Shown: in pieces, positions 1 to 5,002 of the stretch
Layout of the letters: each line of letters opens with the position of its first letter
Numbering within the stretch: the first letter of the stretch is position 1
Origin: Salpingoeca rosetta
Lineage: Eukaryota; Protista; Choanoflagellata
Direction of reading: 5' to 3'
DNA: 5,069 nucleotides
Assembly (NCBI GenBank): GCA_033442325.1
Contig: JAWQFM010000048.1
Location: 1-5,069 of the forward strand
The notes under the pieces: generated by a model
Told to the model about the DNA's origin: nothing
The model's database searches: none
What the model saw: the letters and a program-made list of their open reading frames with translations, nothing else
Position numbers and translations under genes: made by a program

Positions 1-72
1 TACTGCTGTCTCCGAGGCGTCGGTCTGCACGACGTATTTCTGGCTTGCGTTGGGGTAGGCTAGCACAGGTGC
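1..72 (-). mobile_element. Fragment of a different Ty3/Gypsy pol (RT connection / RNase H N-terminus), interrupted by the insertion at 73 and continuing off the left edge
   Basis: The reverse complement of 1-72 translates without stops as APVLAYPNASQKYVVQTDASETAV, matching the Gypsy pattern PVLxxPd...f.v.TDAS. It aligns ungapped to this window's own PTVLAAPDQQQRFVIRADASDVGI (2933-3004) with 9/24 identities including DAS. It is not in the supplied ORF track; I translated it by hand. Confidence 0.85.
68..72 (+). other. Candidate left copy of a 5-bp target-site duplication (GGTGC)
   Basis: These are the five bases immediately before the LTR's TG, and Ty3/Gypsy elements typically make 4-5 bp TSDs. 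The partner copy would lie beyond the right edge, so it is unverified. Confidence 0.35.
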
Positions 73-262
73 TGTAGTGGTTCCACTCCAGCATTCCCTA
101 CTTCCGAACCACTACTACTCCACACCACTCTTTTCATATACACAACATCAACCACTCTTGCACTGGCACCTATACTTGCACTTGCCTATTGTCTGTGTTC
201 ATTTATTCTTGCTGAATCAAGTCTACACCCCAATATACATCTCCTACACTTGGTCTACTACA
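73..262 (+). repeat. 5' LTR (190 bp)
   Basis: Begins TGTAGT and ends ACTACA (6-bp terminal inverted repeat). Identical by eye to 4722-4911, with identity starting exactly at 73 (base 72 is C, base 4721 is G). Followed by CT and then the TGG of the PBS. Confidence 0.95.
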
Positions 263-264
263 CT

Positions 265-272
265 TGGTAGCG
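265..272 (+). promoter_or_regulatory. Primer binding site TGGTAGCG, complementary to the 3' end of initiator tRNA-Met
   Basis: Lies 2 nt after the LTR's CA. TGGTAGCG is the complement of ...CGCUACCA-3', the 3' end of yeast tRNA-iMet used by Ty1 and Ty3. Confidence 0.85.
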
Positions 273-353
273 ATATCCTTCGATCCCCACCTTGAGCACA
301 GAGCAAGCACACACCAACTCAGCTGCAAACACGTACCTGTACTGCCTTTCACA

Positions 354-2276
354 ATGTCACAGCGTCGTTCTTCTCCACGCCTGGCTTCGTCAGCATCGTC
401 TGCGCCAGATGCCTCTGCGTCGTCGTCATCAGCGACGTCGTCTTCCGCCTACGCAGCGCTCACCCCAACTGTGGGTCCCTCATCTTCGTCGTCAGCGCCA
501 TCAGCTCCTGTCGACGCCGGTGTTCAATCTCTTGCTCGCTCGGCTCTCACCCGCATCACGGATCATGATCCTGCCGCGATCGTCTCCTGGTTCCAGACCT
601 TCCGTACCTGCACTCAACTTCTTCGTCTTCCCTCTGGCCCTGACCAGATCCGCCTCGCGACCCTGTACTTTGACGGAGCTCTGCAACAGTGGGCACGCCA
701 TTACATTGAGGCAAACCCAGATGCGTCTTTTGATGAGTTCGAAACGGCAGCAACAACGCACTTTGCAGACCCAAGCAAGCAGTGGCGAGCATTCCAAGAC
801 ATCGTCACTCACCGTCAACGTGGAGCTGTCACAGGCTACATCGCGTCTTTCCGCCGTTCACTCATCGATGCTTCTCCAGCAAAGCTCGTCGACCTGCAGA
901 TCGCCGCTTTCGTCGCCGGTCTTAGGAACGACGACACTCGCCGACATCTGAACATCAAGCGCCCAAGCACCCTGGAGGAAGCGTACAGCATCGCAACGGA
1001 CTTTGAGCAGACTGTGTCGCACAACGATATACACCGCCGCAGCAACAACAACAACAACAACAACAACACTGCACAACGTTATCGCTCGTCATCCAAGCAC
1101 AACCGTCACACGCAGGCACATCAGCGCAATGGACCATCACGCTCCTACAACCGCAACAGCAACAACAACGACTCACGTCATGGACGAAAGCAGTGCACCC
1201 GATGCAACAGGCAAGGGCACGTCGCCAGTGACTGTTTTGCCAAGAAGACTGCCGACGGACGTCCTCTTGTTGGCCGCGCAGACATCCAGCGCCAATCACA
1301 ACTCAACGTCAAACCTGTCTTCACTGTTCCAGCATTCATCGAAGACAAAGCTGTGAAGATCCTCATTGATACAGGCGCAGAACACTCATTCGTCTCGTCA
1401 CGTCTTGACGTCTCCACGAAAGAACGCAGCAAGGCCATCACCTTCACCTTCGCCAATGGCACGTCCGAAACAACACACCGTTGGACCAAGCTCACCCTCG
1501 ACCTCGGCGCAACAGGCTCATACCTGGTTGATCTTCCCGTGTCCAAGTGCCCACCAGGCATCGATGTCATCCTTGGTATGGACTGGATCACCGATGTCAA
1601 GCCCACGTTCAAGTTCCTCAACGACCGACTCACGCTTGGCCCCCCAGAGCACACAGATGCCTCACCTGCACCAACAGCAGTCACACAGTCACAGCACCAG
1701 CACCAGCAGCAACAGCATCAGCAGCAGCAGCAGCAGCAGAAGCAGCAACAGCATCAACAGCAAGCACGCATTGTCACATCGACAGCAGTGAAACGCGATA
1801 ACAGCACTGATGTCTCTGGTTCCGCATCAGCTTTCAATGATTGCGCACCAATTTCAGAAATCAAAGTCGTCAACTCGGCAAAGATTGACACTTACTTGGC
1901 GCAAAACGGATCCGAAGTCTTCATTGGTGCGATCGGGTCGCTGGTTCGCGACGTAAGTGCCGAGCAGAAGGACCAAATCCCAGCCCAGGTTCGCAACCTG
2001 CTACAAGAATTCGATGACGTCTTTCCCGAGGAGCTTCCGAATCGCCTTCCGCCAAGCCGACCAGAGGACGTCGACATCGTCCTCAAACCAAACGCGACTC
2101 CACCACCGTTTGTCCGGTACCGCCTGAATGCTGAAGAGCGCGCAGCCCTCAAGAGCACCATCGCCGACCTTCTCAACAGTGGACGCATCCAGCCATCCAA
2201 GTCAGCGTTCGCCGCACCCGTCATCTTCGTGCGGAAAGCCGACAAGTCTCTACGGATGTGCGTGGACGCAGGCTGA
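354..2276 (+). CDS. gag: Gag-protease-RT N-terminus: 5' part of the gag-pol polyprotein, ended prematurely by a frameshift (640 aa)
   Basis: ATG at 354 is the first + strand ATG after the LTR start, with A at -3. The product has a Ser-rich N-terminus, capsid-like WFQTF...ATLYFDGALQQW...FDEF, MHR-like QRGAVTGYIASF, FVAGL, a CCHC knuckle, protease LIDTGA and ILGMDW, and RT N-terminal EFDDVFPEELP...PSKSAFAAPVIFVRKADKSLRMCVD. Confidence 0.92.
   Translation: MSQRRSSPRLASSASSAPDASASSSSATSSSAYAALTPTVGPSSSSSAPSAPVDAGVQSLARSALTRITDHDPAAIVSWFQTFRTCTQLLRLPSGPDQIRLATLYFDGALQQWARHYIEANPDASFDEFETAATTHFADPSKQWRAFQDIVTHRQRGAVTGYIASFRRSLIDASPAKLVDLQIAAFVAGLRNDDTRRHLNIKRPSTLEEAYSIATDFEQTVSHNDIHRRSNNNNNNNNTAQRYRSSSKHNRHTQAHQRNGPSRSYNRNSNNNDSRHGRKQCTRCNRQGHVASDCFAKKTADGRPLVGRADIQRQSQLNVKPVFTVPAFIEDKAVKILIDTGAEHSFVSSRLDVSTKERSKAITFTFANGTSETTHRWTKLTLDLGATGSYLVDLPVSKCPPGIDVILGMDWITDVKPTFKFLNDRLTLGPPEHTDASPAPTAVTQSQHQHQQQQHQQQQQQQKQQQHQQQARIVTSTAVKRDNSTDVSGSASAFNDCAPISEIKVVNSAKIDTYLAQNGSEVFIGAIGSLVRDVSAEQKDQIPAQVRNLLQEFDDVFPEELPNRLPPSRPEDVDIVLKPNATPPPFVRYRLNAEERAALKSTIADLLNSGRIQPSKSAFAAPVIFVRKADKSLRMCVDAG
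1044..1067 (+). repeat. (AAC)8 microsatellite encoding poly-Asn in the Gag capsid-nucleocapsid spacer
   Basis: Eight perfect in-frame AAC codons (RRSNNNNNNNNTAQ). Confidence 0.95.
1194..1235 (+). other. Nucleocapsid zinc knuckle CX2CX4HX4C
   Basis: CTRCNRQGHVASDC has the exact retroviral-type spacing. Confidence 0.95.
1311..1601 (+). other. Retropepsin-type aspartic protease domain (boundaries approximate)
   Basis: ILIDTGAEHSFV with catalytic DTG at 1368-1376, and DVILGMDW at 1563-1586. Confidence 0.92.
1686..1763 (+). repeat. CAG/CAA/CAC-rich repeat encoding a poly-Gln/His tract in the PR-RT linker
   Basis: QSQHQHQQQQHQQQQQQQKQQQHQQQ, with 20 Gln in 26 codons including (CAG)7. Confidence 0.95.
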
Positions 2277-2930
2277 ACTCCTCAACAATCGGAGACCAGT
2301 ATCCACTGCCAGACATCGAGGCCATCCTCAACCGAGTTGCTGGCAACAAGTACTTCACCAAGTTGGACCTCCACTCAGGATACCACCAGCTTCGCCTCAA
2401 GCCAGAAGCTGCTCACCGCACGGCCTTCGCGTGCGACGCCGGCCACTTCGAGTTTCGCGTCCTGCCATTTGGACTCAAGAACGGCCCTGCCACCTTTCAA
2501 CGTCTGATGGACCGCGTCATCAGGGACATCCCCAACACTGCAGTCTACTTGGACGATCTCATTGTCTTCACGCGCACCCTGGACGATCACGTGTGCACGC
2601 TGAGGAAACTCTTCTCGGCACTCCGCCGTGAGAAACTCGCTTGCAAGCCACGCAAGTGCGTGTTTGCAAAGCCCAGCCTTCCCTTCCTTGGACATGTCGT
2701 CTCTGCCGATGGCATCAGCCCAGACCCAAACAAGACCAAGGACATCATCTCCACTCCCAAGCCAACATCCATGAAGTCTCTCCGCGCATTCCTGGGCCTT
2801 GCAGGATACTATCGCAAGTTCATCCACGACTTTTCAACAAGAGCTGCACCACTCTACGCCATCAAGGAGATAACCGACTGGACTGCCACAGCAGCAGCCG
2901 CATTCAACGACCTCAAGACCGCACTCACCA
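1975..2930 (+). other. Reverse transcriptase domain, split across the two ORFs at about 2267 (boundaries approximate)
   Basis: The N-terminal motifs lie in ORF1. The catalytic Asp in KLDL (2366-2368) and YLDD (2546-2557) lie in ORF2. Confidence 0.93.
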
Positions 2931-4726
2931 GCCCAACAGTGCTTGCAGCGCCAGATCAACAGCAGCGATTCGTCATACGAGCAGATGCCAGCGACGTTGG
3001 CATAGGCGCCGTCTTGGAGCAGAATCAACGCCCTGTCGCTTTCATGTCGCGTGCTCTCACCGCTGCTGAACGCAACTACCCAGTGCGCCAAAAGGAGCTT
3101 CTTGCTCTTCTGGTCGCACTGCGAAAATGGCGTCACCTGTTCGGGTTCCAGCCTGTACGCATCCACACCGATCATCGCTCGTTGCTTCACCTCGCAACAC
3201 AGGACAAGGTTTCTGAGCGTCGCATCCATCGTTGGCTTGACGAGCTTGCCGAGTACTCTCTCGAGTGGGAGTACACGCCTGGCCCTAACAATGTCATTGC
3301 TGACTCACTTAGTCGCATGGTCAACACTTCCCTCACCACGATTCATCCAACGCCCCTGGACACCGATTACGGTCACGACAAGGCGTACCGCAAGATCCTC
3401 AAGCGAGTGCGTCCGCCCTTCACTTGGAAAGGACCCGTTCTGTTCTTCAAACAACGCAGATGTATCACTGCCACCGACAAGCTGTTTCTCCTTCGCCTCG
3501 CCCACGACGCCCACGCCCACAGCGGAGTGGCTGCAGTCGTTGGTCGTCTCACACAGGACTACTACTGGCCACGCATGTATTCTGACATTCGCCAATACGT
3601 CACGTCTTGCCACACGTGCCTGGAGGCCAAGTCAGGTGCACCACCCAAGGCAGCCCTACATCCCCTTGCGCCGCCTGACGGTCCCTGGAGCAGCGTCAGC
3701 ATGGACTTCATCACTGGTCTTCCCAAGTCCACCGACGGTTTCGATGCAGCGTTTGTGTTCGTCGATCGTTTCAGCAAGATGACGCACATCGCTCCCTGCC
3801 ACACGACTACTGATGCTACTGATGCAGCGCGCATCCTGTTGTCAACAGTTGTCCGCCTGCACGGTGTGCCCTCGCAACTCGTCAGTGACCGCGATCCGCG
3901 CTTTACGTCCAGGATGTTCAAGGAGCTCATGGCCATCCTTGGTGTTCGCTTGTCCATGTCGACTGCAGGACACGCAGCCACCGACGGCCAAACCGAACGC
4001 ATGAACCAAGTTATTGGCAACCTGCTTCGATGCATGTGCGCTGACCACCCAGAGACCTGGACACAAGCTCTCAACATCATTGAGTTCACCATCAACTCCA
4101 ACGTGCATGGTGTCACCAAAACCACACCGTTCTCCATCGTCTACGGACGAACCCCACAACTTCACTTCACAGATGCAACGGCCACCACTGCGTCCGCCGA
4201 AGAAATCAAGGCACAGCTGCAACTTCTTCTCAAACAGACCAAAGACAACCTGTGGCACAACACGGTTGTCATGGCTAATGATGGACCGCAACACGAACAC
4301 AACTTCAAACCCGGCGACAACGTCTACATCTCCACGTATCTCCTTCGCGACGACGCGACCAGACAGCAGCACGGAAAGCTCCGCCGCAAGTATCTCGGAC
4401 CCTTCACCGTCGATCAAGTTCTCGGACCAACCCATCTCAAGATCAACCTCCCAGCACGTTCCCGCATTCACCCAGTCATCAACACGAAGTTCGTACGCCA
4501 CGTCAAAGGACAAGTCCGCGGCGTGGACCGCCCGCCCGCGCTTGACACGGACATCTTCGCCATGGAAGCCATTCTTGGACACAAGATGACGCCCAACGGT
4601 CCGTTGTTCTTGACCAAGTGGCTTGGATACCCGTCCCATGACAGCACCTGGGAGCCTGCCAAGAACTTCATTGGCAAGGACGCCAAGCGCCTCCTGCGTC
4701 AATATAGAAAGAAGGGGAGAGTGTAG
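2258..4726 (+). CDS. pol: Pol: RT core, RNase H, integrase and chromodomain (3' part of the polyprotein; the GTG at 2258 is probably not a real start and homology resumes at about 2267)
   Basis: RT: RRLN...YPLP, KLDLHSGYHQ, LPFGLKNGPATFQRLM, YLDD (2546-2557), FLGHVVS, FLGLAGYYRKFI. RNase H: ADASDVGIGAVL, ERNY, KELLA, TDH, NVIADSLSR. Integrase: HHCC, D3704, D3887, E3995, GPF. Chromodomain: KWLGY...TWEP. Stop TAG at 4724-4726. Confidence 0.95.
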   Translation: MRGRRLNSSTIGDQYPLPDIEAILNRVAGNKYFTKLDLHSGYHQLRLKPEAAHRTAFACDAGHFEFRVLPFGLKNGPATFQRLMDRVIRDIPNTAVYLDDLIVFTRTLDDHVCTLRKLFSALRREKLACKPRKCVFAKPSLPFLGHVVSADGISPDPNKTKDIISTPKPTSMKSLRAFLGLAGYYRKFIHDFSTRAAPLYAIKEITDWTATAAAAFNDLKTALTSPTVLAAPDQQQRFVIRADASDVGIGAVLEQNQRPVAFMSRALTAAERNYPVRQKELLALLVALRKWRHLFGFQPVRIHTDHRSLLHLATQDKVSERRIHRWLDELAEYSLEWEYTPGPNNVIADSLSRMVNTSLTTIHPTPLDTDYGHDKAYRKILKRVRPPFTWKGPVLFFKQRRCITATDKLFLLRLAHDAHAHSGVAAVVGRLTQDYYWPRMYSDIRQYVTSCHTCLEAKSGAPPKAALHPLAPPDGPWSSVSMDFITGLPKSTDGFDAAFVFVDRFSKMTHIAPCHTTTDATDAARILLSTVVRLHGVPSQLVSDRDPRFTSRMFKELMAILGVRLSMSTAGHAATDGQTERMNQVIGNLLRCMCADHPETWTQALNIIEFTINSNVHGVTKTTPFSIVYGRTPQLHFTDATATTASAEEIKAQLQLLLKQTKDNLWHNTVVMANDGPQHEHNFKPGDNVYISTYLLRDDATRQQHGKLRRKYLGPFTVDQVLGPTHLKINLPARSRIHPVINTKFVRHVKGQVRGVDRPPALDTDIFAMEAILGHKMTPNGPLFLTKWLGYPSHDSTWEPAKNFIGKDAKRLLRQYRKKGRV
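2969..3316 (+). other. Ty3/Gypsy RNase H domain (boundaries approximate)
   Basis: DAS (2984-2992), KELLA, HTDH and ADSLSR supply the D-E-D-D acidic residues. Confidence 0.92.
3503..4490 (+). other. Integrase: HHCC zinc finger, DDE core and GPY/F module (3' boundary approximate)
   Basis: HDAHAH...CHTC (3503-3619), SMDFITGLP (D at 3704), VSDRDPRF (D at 3887), GQTERMN (E at 3995, spacing D-x35-E), and KLRRKYLGPF (GPF at 4397-4405). Confidence 0.95.
4553..4705 (+). other. Chromodomain at the integrase C-terminus
   Basis: IFAMEAILGHKMTPNGPLFLTKWLGYPSHDSTWEPAKNF follows the HP1-type pattern Y/F-x-x-E-x-I-L...Y/F-L-x-K-W-x-G-Y/F...TWEP. Confidence 0.92.
4706..4721 (+). promoter_or_regulatory. Polypurine tract (plus-strand primer)
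   Basis: AGAAAGAAGGGGAGAG, 16 consecutive purines directly abutting the TG of the downstream LTR. Confidence 0.93.
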
Positions 4727-4911
4727 TGGTTCCACTCCAGCATTCCCTACTTCCGAACCACTACTACTCCACACCACTCTTTTCATATACACAACATCAA
4801 CCACTCTTGCACTGGCACCTATACTTGCACTTGCCTATTGTCTGTGTTCATTTATTCTTGCTGAATCAAGTCTACACCCCAATATACATCTCCTACACTT
4901 GGTCTACTACA
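4722..4911 (+). repeat. Second LTR (190 bp): 3' LTR of copy 1 and apparently also 5' LTR of copy 2
   Basis: Identical to 73-262 (offset 4649). It is preceded by the PPT and followed by a PBS. Confidence 0.95.
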
Positions 4912-4913
4912 CT

Positions 4914-4921
4914 TGGTAGCG
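4914..4921 (+). promoter_or_regulatory. Primer binding site of the second copy (TGGTAGCG)
   Basis: Identical to 265-272 and 2 nt after the second LTR. Confidence 0.85.
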
Positions 4922-5002
4922 ATATCCTTCGATCCCCACCTTGAGCACAGAGCAAGCACACACCAACTCAGCTGCAAACACGTACCTGTACTGCCTTTCA
5001 CA

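Larger units (their letters stand above)
73..4911 (+). mobile_element. Full-length Ty3/Gypsy (Metaviridae) LTR retrotransposon, chromovirus type, with a frameshift lesion in RT
   Basis: Two identical 190-bp LTRs with TG...CA ends, a PBS and a PPT. The domain order Gag-PR-RT-RH-IN is the Gypsy order, and there is a C-terminal chromodomain. Confidence 0.98.

Noticed and set aside
62-73. Small palindrome AGCAC-AG-GTGCT at the insertion junction
   Set aside because: It has only 5-bp arms with a 2-nt loop, one base comes from the LTR, and it lies in coding sequence of the interrupted element. It is probably chance.
265-275. Tf1/sushi-type self-priming PBS
   Set aside because: I found no complement of the PBS (CGCTACCA) within the LTR, and the site begins with TGG matching a tRNA CCA end.
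77-295. 72-aa ORF in the LTR and its twin at 4726-4944
   Set aside because: It has a GTG start in a eukaryotic context, no recognisable motif, and is duplicated only because the LTR is.
265-300. tRNA gene or fragment suggested by TTCGATCC
   Set aside because: No cloverleaf or A-box context is present. The match is better explained as complementarity to the primer tRNA.
264-353. ORF-track start of gag at TTG 264
   Set aside because: It overlaps the PBS. The first ATG at 354 has good context and is the more plausible start, although non-AUG initiation is not excluded.
2258-2276. Programmed -1 gag/pol frameshift or independent GTG start for pol
   Set aside because: The break is inside RT rather than between gag and pol, there is no slippery heptamer, and neither route restores the conserved Tyr/Phe of CVDYR.
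292-4589. Other overlapping alternative-frame ORFs (for example 292-951, 3051-3782, 4014-4589)
   Set aside because: They are low-complexity S/T/P/R-rich or repeat-derived shadows of a GC-rich, codon-biased gag-pol, with no independent motifs.
4406-4726. env-like or other extra ORF after integrase
   Set aside because: Pol runs directly into the LTR, leaving no room for a third gene.
3842-4804. 320-aa antisense ORF starting in the downstream LTR (ATG at 4786), superficially like retroviral antisense genes
   Set aside because: It is in exact codon register with pol, as are the antisense ORFs 2375-2827, 2834-3229 and 3305-3613. This is expected when the sense frame rarely uses TTA, CTA and TCA. 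It has no recognisable domain. Strand-specific RNA-seq or proteomics could revive it.
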